Shown: piece after piece, positions 9,050 to 18,126 of the stretch
Layout: every line of letters begins with the position of its first letter
How positions within the stretch are numbered: position 1 is the stretch's first letter
NCBI GenBank assembly: GCA_039586365.1
Contig: JBDHKN010000006.1
Location: 96,001-160,000 of the forward strand
Direction of reading: 5' to 3'
From: Gemmatimonadota bacterium
GTDB taxonomy: Bacteria; Gemmatimonadota; Gemmatimonadetes; Gemmatimonadales; GWC2-71-9
DNA length: 64,000 nt
Notes under the pieces: model-generated
Database searches by the model: none
What the model saw: the letters and a program-made list of their open reading frames with translations, nothing else
Told to the model about the DNA's origin: nothing
Translations under genes and position numbers: made by a program

Positions 9050-9778
9050 ATGACAGCCGATTCCGTGGGTCTCCCGATAGCGTTTGTGGCAGGGGTACTT
9101 AGCTTCCTGTCGCCGTGCGTGCTACCACTCGTGCCAAGCTATGTCTCTTTCATTACTGGCCTGTCTCTGGATGAGCTAGGTGAAAAGAGATGGACCGCCT
9201 TTACACACGCCGTGTTCTTCATCTGCGGATTCACCCTGATCTTCCTCGCGCTTGGCGCAACTGCGACTGCGCTCGGACGCTTTCTGCAGTACAACCAGAT
9301 TTGGTTGGAGCGGGTGGGGGGGCTGCTGATTGCAGTGTTCGGACTCTACCTGCTCGGCGCCTTCAATTGGGCTGCGTTCAGCCGAGAGAGACGAGTGCAC
9401 TTGCAGGACAAGCCGGTAGGGTATCTCGGCAGCCTCTTGGTAGGTCTGGCCTTCGGCGCTGGTTGGACACCGTGCATAGGACCGATCCTGGGCTCGATCT
9501 TGGCATATACGGGGACCCAGACAACCAACCTCGCCCAAGGGATGTTGCTATTGTTGACCTACTCTCTGGGGTTGGCAATCCCCTTCTTGATTGCCGCTCT
9601 GGCTGTCGAGAAGTTCATCGACTGGTTCAAGAGGTTTCGTCGCTTCATCCCCCTAACCACCAGGATCGCCGGTGGTGTCCTCCTAGTAGTGGGGTTGCTG
9701 CTCGTGACGGGATACTTCACGATCCTGGCCAACTGGCTGCAAGGACTCACTCCGGAGTTCCTGCGGTCGAGGATCTGA
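9050..9778 (+). CDS. ccdA: Cytochrome c biogenesis CcdA / DsbD transmembrane protein
   Basis: SFLSPCVLP and GWTPCIGP motifs; about 6 TM helices. Confidence 0.93.
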   Translation: MTADSVGLPIAFVAGVLSFLSPCVLPLVPSYVSFITGLSLDELGEKRWTAFTHAVFFICGFTLIFLALGATATALGRFLQYNQIWLERVGGLLIAVFGLYLLGAFNWAAFSRERRVHLQDKPVGYLGSLLVGLAFGAGWTPCIGPILGSILAYTGTQTTNLAQGMLLLLTYSLGLAIPFLIAALAVEKFIDWFKRFRRFIPLTTRIAGGVLLVVGLLLVTGYFTILANWLQGLTPEFLRSRI

Positions 9779-9856
9779 TGAAGGAGCCCGCCGAGTTCGA
9801 CTCCTGGTTCCCTAGCCGTGCACCTCAATTGGTGGTCAGCCGCTACGGATGGCAAC

Positions 9857-10783
9857 ATGGCCAACCCCGACTTCATTGACCCCCGGATAACAGAACAGCG
9901 CAATCCGAAGACTGTCGGCATCGACGTGGCATCGTCTGCAGAGATCGTGGACCTGATGCACGACGAAGATCGCACGGTGGCCGACGCCGTCTACTCGGCG
10001 CGCGAGGAATTGGCCCGCACGATTGATCTCGTAGTTGACGCGTTCAACCGCGGAGGTCGTTTGGTGTACGTTGGTGCGGGAACCAGCGGGCGACTGGGAG
10101 TCCTGGACGCCACTGAGTGTCCACCAACCTTTGGCTCACCACCCGAGGTGGTTTCGGGCATAATTGCCGGTGGAATGCCTGCGTTGGTGCGCAGTCAGGA
10201 AGGTGCCGAAGACGATGTGGCTGCTGCTGCAACGGCGATAGACGAGCGGGGTGTGACCGACAGGGATGTAGTAATCGGGATCGCGGCTAGCGGCACGACA
10301 CCGTTCGTGCGAGCCGCGGTGAAACGGGCCCAGGCACTCGGTGCCAAGACCGCACTTGTTACCTGCACAGACCCTCCTGCTGAATTTATCGGGACGTGCG
10401 ATGCGGTGATCGTCGCCAGGGTGGGTCCCGAGGTGCTCACCGGGTCCACCCGGCTGAAAGCCGGCACGGCTACGAAACTGGCGCTCAACACGATCACGAC
10501 GGGTGCGATGATCCGTTGGGGTAAGGCCTATGGCAATCTGATGGTGGACCTCATGGCCCTGAGCGACAAGCTCAGAGACCGGGGTGAACGGATTGTGATG
10601 GAAGCCGGTGGAGTAGATCGCGCCGCGGCTCGCGAAGCTATAGCGGCTGCCGGAGGTAGTGTGAAACTGGCACTAGTGATGGTTCGCGCCGGTCTCAACG
10701 CCGACGAAGCGGCCGGGCGCCTGCGCGAGGCTGGCGGAATAGTGCGGTCGGTGGTCGGTGATCCTCCCCCGGTCGTTCCGTGA
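9857..10783 (+). CDS. murQ: N-acetylmuramic acid 6-phosphate etherase
   Basis: TEQRNP, GAGTSGRLGVLDATECPPTFG, GPEVLTGSTRLKAGTA. Confidence 0.97.
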   Translation: MANPDFIDPRITEQRNPKTVGIDVASSAEIVDLMHDEDRTVADAVYSAREELARTIDLVVDAFNRGGRLVYVGAGTSGRLGVLDATECPPTFGSPPEVVSGIIAGGMPALVRSQEGAEDDVAAAATAIDERGVTDRDVVIGIAASGTTPFVRAAVKRAQALGAKTALVTCTDPPAEFIGTCDAVIVARVGPEVLTGSTRLKAGTATKLALNTITTGAMIRWGKAYGNLMVDLMALSDKLRDRGERIVMEAGGVDRAAAREAIAAAGGSVKLALVMVRAGLNADEAAGRLREAGGIVRSVVGDPPPVVP

Positions 10784-10846
10784 AGTTGCTGGTCTGGTTG
10801 CAGTGTGAAGGGTGGAGTGGCAGCGACTATTCCGTGATGAAAGCAG

Positions 10847-12298
10847 TCACCCGACGTTCTCGAGCAGCTCAGCGACCCTCCCCGCTGGTACCCCCAGTAC
10901 CACGCGGCCGCCCGAGCCTGCCTGACCGCCATAGACGACTCCGATAACCTCTCCGTTCTGGTCGAGAATCGGGCTGCCACTGGATCCTTGGGCGCCGTAC
11001 CCGTCGATTTGGATCACGTCGGATATCGACTTGGCGACTGAACCGGCGGTGAAGCTGGTGCGCGCCACGGTCCGGTCCTGGCCGTAGCCGGACATCGGCA
11101 GGTCCGGGCCCAGCGGGAAGCCGATGATGGCCACTGGATCTCCCTGTCTGACCGTGTCGGGGCGCTGGTTCAAGCTGCGAATGGTCGGCACGCCGCCGGG
11201 AACCTCCACATCAATCGCAGCAACGTCGGCGTTAGAGGACAGAGCCAGAAGGCGAGCGGGGTACACCTGGTATGAATCGGCGAACTTGACCGCTATCCGC
11301 GTTGGTCGCCTGGTACCTTCTGGGCCTGCAACGACGTGTCGGGCAGTGATCATTGTCCCGTTCGCTCTCACCGCGAACGCGGTCCCAGTGTACACCTCTC
11401 CGGGAGCGAACTCTACCCACATCAACGCCACCGCATTCTGGTTGGCATCGACGATGCTGCGGTAGTCTACGTAGGCAGCCGCTTGCTGGTAGAGGAGGGC
11501 CTGGCTAGCGTCCACCAGTTGCCGCCTCAACCTGGCGACCTCATCCGTGCTACCTGATTGCTCGGCATCCACCAGAGCCGCCCTCACGGACTCGACCTCT
11601 ACCCGCGAGTCTTCGAGCGCAGCGGCCAGACCTTCTACCCGACCCTGGAGAGCCGCAACCGCTTCGCCGGCAGCCCTAATGATGCTGTCTGTGCGAGATT
11701 CCAGCGCAGCGACAGCTGCCTCACGCTGCCTCCGTTGAGATGTGCTGTCGACTATGAAGACTGCCACGACTGCCAGCAGCAGCGCGAACAGTGTCACCGT
11801 GAGCCTACGCAGCTTCTTGGTCCGCCGACCGACCTCGATGCGAATGCGTTCCGTGGTCCCGGTCTTCGTCCGCTGATCGGCCACCCGAGGTCCAAGGGTC
11901 TTCTTGAGGGTGGATTCGGATGCGCTCTCGTGCGGAGCGCTGGAGCCCGTTTCGGACGCTGCCTCAGTGACCCCGTCCGTGGTAGACTCCGGTACCAACC
12001 GGAATTCCAGCGCTGGTCCTTCCAATCCGAACCGCACCTGGTCTGTGTCGTCCAACACGGTGTCACCAGTGATCTGATGGCCGTTTACCAGGGTTCCGTT
12101 GAGACTCCCCAGATCCCGGACGATCCAGTGTTCTCCCCGCAAAACAATGACCGCGTGGCGGGCCGAGACATCGAGGTCGTGATCCGGGTCGAACTGCAAA
12201 TCGCAGGAAGGGTGCCTGCCGATCTCGATGGAGCTGCTGGAAAAGACGGCCGTCAGACCCTTACGTGCGCCAGTCAGGATCCTCAGCTGGGCTTTCAA
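10847..12298 (-). CDS. FHA - TM - coiled coil - trypsin-like serine protease
   Basis: FHA (IGR, VSARHA, DLGSLNGT), TM (LFALLLAVVAVFIV), coiled coil, triad TARHV / ADVA / GSSGSP. Confidence 0.9.
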   Translation of the reverse strand: MKAQLRILTGARKGLTAVFSSSSIEIGRHPSCDLQFDPDHDLDVSARHAVIVLRGEHWIVRDLGSLNGTLVNGHQITGDTVLDDTDQVRFGLEGPALEFRLVPESTTDGVTEAASETGSSAPHESASESTLKKTLGPRVADQRTKTGTTERIRIEVGRRTKKLRRLTVTLFALLLAVVAVFIVDSTSQRRQREAAVAALESRTDSIIRAAGEAVAALQGRVEGLAAALEDSRVEVESVRAALVDAEQSGSTDEVARLRRQLVDASQALLYQQAAAYVDYRSIVDANQNAVALMWVEFAPGEVYTGTAFAVRANGTMITARHVVAGPEGTRRPTRIAVKFADSYQVYPARLLALSSNADVAAIDVEVPGGVPTIRSLNQRPDTVRQGDPVAIIGFPLGPDLPMSGYGQDRTVARTSFTAGSVAKSISDVIQIDGYGAQGSSGSPILDQNGEVIGVVYGGQAGSGGRVVLGVPAGRVAELLENVG

Positions 12299-12307
12299 CG
12301 ACCCGGC

Positions 12308-13330
12308 TCAGAGAACTGCCAGAAGGAGAGCCGCAGCCACAATCGCGGCAGCAGCAATGCCGGCCGCGATCATCGAAGATCGCTCCGGCGTGGGTGGGGG
12401 GCTGCCCCTGTAAATTGGGACGGGCTCGGTGTCGGACTCGGTGTCAAGCAGCGGGTACACCTCGTGTCCTACCGCTTCCTCGTCGCCAGGGTCCTTCAAT
12501 CCGTCGCCATCGAAGCGGGCCACAATCACCGTGATGTTGTCGGGGCCGCCGCGTTCGTTGGCCAAGGCTATCAGCTCGCTGGAGACGGTCACCAGGTTCT
12601 TTCCTTTCGAAACCAGCTCCGCGATTTCCTCCTTGCTCACCTGACCGGACAACCCGTCGGAGCACAGCAGCACGCTGTCACCCTGGCGAATCGGCTGGTA
12701 CGTGAGATCGACGCGTATGCGCGATTCCGGACCGAGTGCCTGCAAGATGATGTTCTTTCGCTCGCTCTTTTCGGCTTCTTCCTCTGTCAACTCGCCTGCA
12801 TCCACGAGCCGCTGCATCAACGATTGGTCCTTGGTGATCTGAATTGCTTCCTTGCCGCGGATCAAGTACGCGCGGGAATCGCCGACCTGTGTGAGATAGA
12901 TGTGGTCGCCGAGAATCCCAGCCGCGGTCATCGTGGTGCCCATACCCCGTACGTCAGGGTGCTCAACCGCGTAGGTGTGGATTCGCGCGTTGGCGTTCTC
13001 CACCGCCTCTCGCAGGCGGAACGCAAACTGCTGAGGACTGCTGTCGTTGTCCGCGATCCAGGAAGCGAGCAGGTGTTCGTACACTGCCTCAGTGGCCATC
13101 TCGCTGGCCAATTCGCCGGCAGCCGCGCCGCCCATTCCGTCTGCAACAATCAGTAGGGTGCCCTTGGGTCCGATCTCGTGCTCACGGACTTCCGGCAGCA
13201 GCGACGCTCGCTGGGCGGACAAGTCTGCGACCAGAAAGCAATCTTCGTTGTGCTCACGCGTGCGACCCACGTCGGTTTTGCCGAAGACCACGATGCGAGT
13301 GCGTGGGGATTTCTTGCGAAAGAGGTTCAC
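12308..13330 (-). CDS. PP2C/Stp1-family Ser/Thr phosphatase with C-terminal membrane anchor
   Basis: DVGRTREHNED, VADGMGG, GDSRAY, CSDGL, GGPDNIT; GTG start overlaps the kinase stop. Confidence 0.95.
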   Translation of the reverse strand: MNLFRKKSPRTRIVVFGKTDVGRTREHNEDCFLVADLSAQRASLLPEVREHEIGPKGTLLIVADGMGGAAAGELASEMATEAVYEHLLASWIADNDSSPQQFAFRLREAVENANARIHTYAVEHPDVRGMGTTMTAAGILGDHIYLTQVGDSRAYLIRGKEAIQITKDQSLMQRLVDAGELTEEEAEKSERKNIILQALGPESRIRVDLTYQPIRQGDSVLLCSDGLSGQVSKEEIAELVSKGKNLVTVSSELIALANERGGPDNITVIVARFDGDGLKDPGDEEAVGHEVYPLLDTESDTEPVPIYRGSPPPTPERSSMIAAGIAAAAIVAAALLLAVL

Positions 13331-15060
13331 GATGGGCAACTCAGTAAAGTCTCTTTGTACCTACGGAAAGGTTCGTTGGTGGCGTCGGTAGCAATGGCGC
13401 GATCTATCCACTCACACGCTCGAACCATGTCTGTCGACTCGTACGACTCTGCCATTATCTGTGCCGCTCGGCCACGCAGCGTTCGAGACAGCGATGTGGC
13501 CCCGAATATCTCCAGCAGCCGTTGGCGCGCTGTGTCGATGCCCTGCGGGTTTCCAACCTGCCTTCCCAGCATGATGAGTTCTTGTTCCAGAGCGGCTTCG
13601 TCGATCACATTGGGGGGCACCGCTGCGGCCGATTCAGGTCGTCCGGTCGGCACCGTTCTGCTGGTATCCGGCTGATCGGTACGCCCGCCAACATCTGGCT
13701 GGCCGGTGCGGCCTGCACCCTCAGGCTCGCTTTGCAGCGTGCTCTCCGGTGCGGTGCCAGTCGGCAGTGACAAGGCGGCCACCTGAGTGCTGTCTTGGGG
13801 CTCGGCCTGCTGGCCGTCGTCGCCACCGGTCAAGGCCACCGCCACCAGCCCCGCTGCCGTCGCGACAATCACAGTTGAGGCAGCGATCATCACCACCGGC
13901 CGCTTCTTCTTTGCTGGCGCCTGCACGCGCGTGCGCGGCAGGGGTGTCTCGGGGGTGGTGGGGGTCCTCCGTCCTTCGGCGCCGCGGTCACCCAGGGCCA
14001 CCGTCGGCTTCGCTTGCGAGATCCGGGTCTGCTTCAACTGCTCGGTAGCCCCTTGATCCGAGGGCTGGGAGTCCAGTAATTGAGTTGCCCCATCAGTGGC
14101 AGTAGCGGCCGACGGCACCCCACTCACCGCCCGCACCACATCGTTGGCGAACTCGCTAGCCTTGGCGTACCGATCATTCGGCATCCGTCCCAAAGCCCGG
14201 TTCATCACGTTCTGCAGATGCTCCGGGAAATTGGCGCCCGGGAGGGCATCGTTCAGCCTGGTCGGTTCATCCGTGAGCCGCTTGATCATCACCTCTTGGG
14301 CGTTGTCAGCCTCAAACGGAAGTCGGCCGGTCAGGATACGGAACAGCACCAAAGCCAGCGAATAGATGTCACTCCGCCCATCCAACACGTCCCCTGAGAG
14401 TTGTTCGGGGCTCATGTATTCGGGCGTCCCCACCACTAGACCGGTGCGGGTCACCTTCTGACCTTCCTCACCGCCCATGGCCTTGGCGATCCCGAAGTCG
14501 ACGACCTTTACCACATCGCCGCCGTCCCGTCCCTTGGTGATCATTATGTTATCGGGTTTCAGATCGCGATGAACGATTCCCAAATCGTGGGCTGCCTGTA
14601 GCGCGTCACCCACTTGACGGGTTATCGTGGCTGCTCGGAGAGGTCCCAATGGTCCTTCTCTTCTCAGGAGGTCCGATAGCGACTCCCCGTCGATATACTC
14701 CATGGCCAGGAAGATCACTCCTTCGGGCGTCTCGCCGAAGTCGTAAATAGCACACACATTGCCATGACTGATGCGAGCTGCGTTGGCGGCTTCGCGATTG
14801 AATCGGGCGATAGCCTCGGTGTCCTGGGCCAGTGCTTGAGTTAGCACTTTGATGGCGCTCTTCCTGCCCATCTTCACATGCTCTCCAAGATACACCGCCC
14901 CCATGCCGCCTTCGCCGAGCTTTTGGAGTATGTGGAATTTCCCGTCAATGATGCTGCCGATCAGGCTGGTACCTTCGGCGGCCCTCAGGGGAGACCCGTC
15001 ACTGGGGCAGAACTTGGTGTCGTCGGGCCACGCCGCCCCGCAAGTTGTGCAGGTCTTCAC
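13327..15060 (-). CDS. Hanks-type Ser/Thr kinase (N-terminal zinc ribbon, TM, extracytoplasmic tail)
   Basis: CTTC...CPSDG, GEGGMG, AIK, HRDLKPDN, DFG, GTPEYMSPE. Confidence 0.96.
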   Translation of the reverse strand: MKTCTTCGAAWPDDTKFCPSDGSPLRAAEGTSLIGSIIDGKFHILQKLGEGGMGAVYLGEHVKMGRKSAIKVLTQALAQDTEAIARFNREAANAARISHGNVCAIYDFGETPEGVIFLAMEYIDGESLSDLLRREGPLGPLRAATITRQVGDALQAAHDLGIVHRDLKPDNIMITKGRDGGDVVKVVDFGIAKAMGGEEGQKVTRTGLVVGTPEYMSPEQLSGDVLDGRSDIYSLALVLFRILTGRLPFEADNAQEVMIKRLTDEPTRLNDALPGANFPEHLQNVMNRALGRMPNDRYAKASEFANDVVRAVSGVPSAATATDGATQLLDSQPSDQGATEQLKQTRISQAKPTVALGDRGAEGRRTPTTPETPLPRTRVQAPAKKKRPVVMIAASTVIVATAAGLVAVALTGGDDGQQAEPQDSTQVAALSLPTGTAPESTLQSEPEGAGRTGQPDVGGRTDQPDTSRTVPTGRPESAAAVPPNVIDEAALEQELIMLGRQVGNPQGIDTARQRLLEIFGATSLSRTLRGRAAQIMAESYESTDMVRACEWIDRAIATDATNEPFRRYKETLLSCPS

Positions 15061-16085
15061 AGTGCTTCGAGCCGAATCATCTTGTCACCGATAAGGAATC
15101 GAGATCCATTTTGCAGTGGCACCTCCCCACGTGCAGAGACCGCTACACCATTGCGGCTACCCGCATCCACGGCTATGAAATCTGCATCCTCAGACCGCAA
15201 CTCCGCGTGCAGGCCGCTCATGGAGGGGTCGTACGGAAAGAGCCAGTCGCCGCTCTCACGGCCGATTCCGATGTTGCGCCCCGGTGAAAGATGCACTGCG
15301 TCGCGTTGCGACCCATCACTACGTAGCTGCACCAATCTCGCGATGTCGGCACTCGGCACCAGGCTGCCCATGCGTCGCGTTTGGTCCCGTTCAGGTGGGT
15401 GAGGACCGGGGTAGCCCAGCCGGCGGAATAGCAGGACCTGTGAACCGACCAGCAATATGTCTCCGTCGGACAACCGGTGCGGCTCAGTAATGAAGATCCA
15501 AGTCCCATTGCGGCTGCCCAAGTCTCTGATGAAGAACTGCCCTTCTCGCAAGTGGATCTGGGCATGGAGGGGTGACATGAACGGATCGTCCTTGAACTCG
15601 ATGTCGGCCCCGGCTCTCCCGATAGTGGTATCCGGTCCTACCAGAGAGTGCCGCCCGATGACCTCGCCCGATTCGTCCAGCACCACCAGGTCGCCGGGTG
15701 CGTCGACGCGTTGAGCTGCGAACGCTGACGTACGGCCGGAGTCGGCGGCGGAGCCGATCCCCTTGCCGCAGGCGGCGCAGAATTGGGCACCTTGTGGGAG
15801 CGTGGTGCCGCAATTGGGGCACGCTGAGCTCTCATCTTTGGGAGTCTTGATCCTCTTGCCACATTTGGGGCAGAAAGGAAGGCCGGGAATCACGTTGTTG
15901 CCGCAAGAAGGGCAAACGACGGGCCCTGAGGCGGCGGGCTGACGACCCACCGGTGCCTTGACCGGATTCGAGGATTTCATGACTGGTGGTACCGAGGGAC
16001 GAGGATGATCGACCGGCTTTCCGCAGTCCTCACAGAACTTGGATCGCTCGTCGTTCTCTCGGCCACAGTGAGCGCAAATGCGCAC
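15057..16085 (-). CDS. Zinc-ribbon repeat + double FHA domain protein
   Basis: Six CxxC pairs followed by two FHA motifs (IGR...MSPLHA...GSRNGT; IGR...MSGLHA...GSRNGV). Confidence 0.9.
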   Translation of the reverse strand: MRICAHCGRENDERSKFCEDCGKPVDHPRPSVPPVMKSSNPVKAPVGRQPAASGPVVCPSCGNNVIPGLPFCPKCGKRIKTPKDESSACPNCGTTLPQGAQFCAACGKGIGSAADSGRTSAFAAQRVDAPGDLVVLDESGEVIGRHSLVGPDTTIGRAGADIEFKDDPFMSPLHAQIHLREGQFFIRDLGSRNGTWIFITEPHRLSDGDILLVGSQVLLFRRLGYPGPHPPERDQTRRMGSLVPSADIARLVQLRSDGSQRDAVHLSPGRNIGIGRESGDWLFPYDPSMSGLHAELRSEDADFIAVDAGSRNGVAVSARGEVPLQNGSRFLIGDKMIRLEAL

Positions 16086-16167
16086 GCGATGGACCGCTCC
16101 AGGTTGAGGTGTGATGGGAACCGAGCCAATCTACTGCCGCGAAAAATCGCGGTCAACTGAAGCTGAA

Positions 16168-16197
16168 TTGACGTAGCTCATTGAATTTATGTAGGTT
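16168..16197 (+). promoter_or_regulatory. sigma-70-like promoter (near-leaderless) of the amidase
   Basis: TTGACG-N18-TAGGTT, 8 nt before the ATG, no SD. Confidence 0.5.
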
Positions 16198-16205
16198 CCG
16201 CGACC

Positions 16206-18125
16206 ATGGCACGTCCCATTGCGGCCGCTAGCGTAATCTCGACCTGTCTTTGGGGGGGTGCATGCGCGGGGCCCGCCTCTCCCTACCAACCAGCTCCCAC
16301 GGAGTCTTTGTCTCCCCTGCCCGCACCTCCTGGTGACTCGGGTGTTCTGGAGTTGACAGTTGTCTATCCACCAGCGGGAATGCCGGTAGCGGGTCCCGGG
16401 GAGCACTTGGCAGTGGCGACCGATTCCGGCTACCGTATCCGGAGCGGCGATTCCGCATTCGTGTTCGGCAGTGCCGGGAGGGTGGATGCTCGGGTCACGG
16501 TCAACGGTGAGCCAGTGGCTGTGTACCCAACGGGGGGCTGGCTCGCCTGGCTGCCGCTGCCCAGCGACACCATCGCTCGCTTCGAGATCGTGGCGGCGGC
16601 CGGCGGTGATACCGCAGCCATACACCTGGTGGCACCGGTCGCAAGGCCCTTCAGCCCGTCAGTGCTGCCTGTGTGGATCGACACGACATCGCTCTCTCCG
16701 CGTGGTGACCTTTGGACCCGGCCCGGTGAGGGTGTGAGGCTGTCGTTGCGGGCGAGTCCTGATGCTTCGGTTCGGGGCCTGTTGAGCCAGGGTGACTCGA
16801 TTGAGTTCATTCCCGCTGCAACTCCAGGTACGTATCTGGCGTGGTGGCCCCATGCGCTGGGGCCACACGGTGGCTCGGTGTTGGCTCCAAATCCAATCCC
16901 CGAACCGTCGGACACAGCTTGGATGAAGGTGATCGCAGTGATCGGGTCGGATACGGCCCGCACTCGGTGGCCCCTCCGAGTGACCAAAATCGATCTCGAC
17001 TCCCCCAGTGTGATAGAGATCAACGACGATCCGGCCGGTGACGGGAGGACTGACGGCATCCTGGCCGGGCGTCCGACACCGTTCGGTACGTATAACTGGT
17101 TCTTCCCCAATGGAACGACCGCCACGGTCAGTGGCCGCAACAACAGTCAAGTTCGGCTGCAACTCTCGCAGTCCAGTGCTGCCTGGGTTGATGTGACAGG
17201 GGTAAAACCGCTCCCGGCGGGAACACCACCTCTCCTCGGAACCGTGCTGCCGCTGCGGTTGCAGCCGCACGATGAGTCGGTCGTGCTCAGGATCCCGTTG
17301 CCGGGACCAATACCCTTCCGGGTGGATGAGGACGCGCACGATCTGCGACTCATGCTATATGGCGTGGCCGCTGACATGGATTGGATCCATTACGGCGGTA
17401 ATGATCCTCTTGTCCGTTTGATCGTGTTTTCGCAACCACGGGAAGACGAAACTGTGGTGACTGTCTCGCTGTCAACAGAGGTGTGGGGTTACCGAACTCT
17501 GTGGGATGGCAATGATCTACTGTTCGAAGTGCGACGCCCTCCTCAGATCAACCCGCGGCGTCCTCTCGAAGCACAGGTCATTGCCCTGGACGCGGGCCAT
17601 CCACCGCTCGGCGCAACTGGGCCCACCGGAGTAAGGGAACCCGACGTTACACTGGGTGTTGCACGCAAGGCAGCGGAGATCCTGGAGCGCTACGGTGCGC
17701 AGGTTGTCCTGACCCGCGATGGTGATGGGCCACTCGATCTGTTTCAGCGCACGAGAGCTGCGGAGGTTGCCGATGCCGTGCTACTGGTATCCATTCACGC
17801 GAACGCATTGCCCGACGGTGTGAATCCGTTCGTGAACAACGGAACTAGCGTGTTCTACTTCCATCCACGGAGCGTTGAGCTGGCAAGGGAACTGAACCGG
17901 GCTCTGGTGCGACAGTTTGGGTTTCCGGATCTGGGGATCGGTCGCGGCGATCTGGCTCTCGCTCGTCCGACCTGGATGCCTGCGGCCTTGACCGAAGGAT
18001 TGTTCCTGATGATCCCTGAACAGGAGGCAGTACTGGCTAGCGAAGCGGGCCAATTGCGCTACGCTCGGGGCATCGTAGATGGAATCGCAGCGTTCTTGAG
18101 GCAACATTCGGTCCGCGGGAACTGA
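16206..18125 (+). CDS. N-acetylmuramoyl-L-alanine amidase (Amidase_3), exported, possibly a lipoprotein
   Basis: Signal with 'GGAC', C-terminal IALDAGH, 'EPDVTL', VSIHANA, 'PAALTEG'. Confidence 0.9.
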   Translation: MARPIAAASVISTCLWGGACAGPASPYQPAPTESLSPLPAPPGDSGVLELTVVYPPAGMPVAGPGEHLAVATDSGYRIRSGDSAFVFGSAGRVDARVTVNGEPVAVYPTGGWLAWLPLPSDTIARFEIVAAAGGDTAAIHLVAPVARPFSPSVLPVWIDTTSLSPRGDLWTRPGEGVRLSLRASPDASVRGLLSQGDSIEFIPAATPGTYLAWWPHALGPHGGSVLAPNPIPEPSDTAWMKVIAVIGSDTARTRWPLRVTKIDLDSPSVIEINDDPAGDGRTDGILAGRPTPFGTYNWFFPNGTTATVSGRNNSQVRLQLSQSSAAWVDVTGVKPLPAGTPPLLGTVLPLRLQPHDESVVLRIPLPGPIPFRVDEDAHDLRLMLYGVAADMDWIHYGGNDPLVRLIVFSQPREDETVVTVSLSTEVWGYRTLWDGNDLLFEVRRPPQINPRRPLEAQVIALDAGHPPLGATGPTGVREPDVTLGVARKAAEILERYGAQVVLTRDGDGPLDLFQRTRAAEVADAVLLVSIHANALPDGVNPFVNNGTSVFYFHPRSVELARELNRALVRQFGFPDLGIGRGDLALARPTWMPAALTEGLFLMIPEQEAVLASEAGQLRYARGIVDGIAAFLRQHSVRGN

Positions 18126-18126
18126 T

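Noticed and set aside
11558..13156. 532-aa plus-strand ORF
   Set aside because: Antisense shadow of the PP2C and FHA-protease genes, with no recognisable motifs; expected in GC-rich DNA.
12308..16085. Type VI secretion regulatory cluster
   Set aside because: No tss, hcp or vgrG genes in the window.
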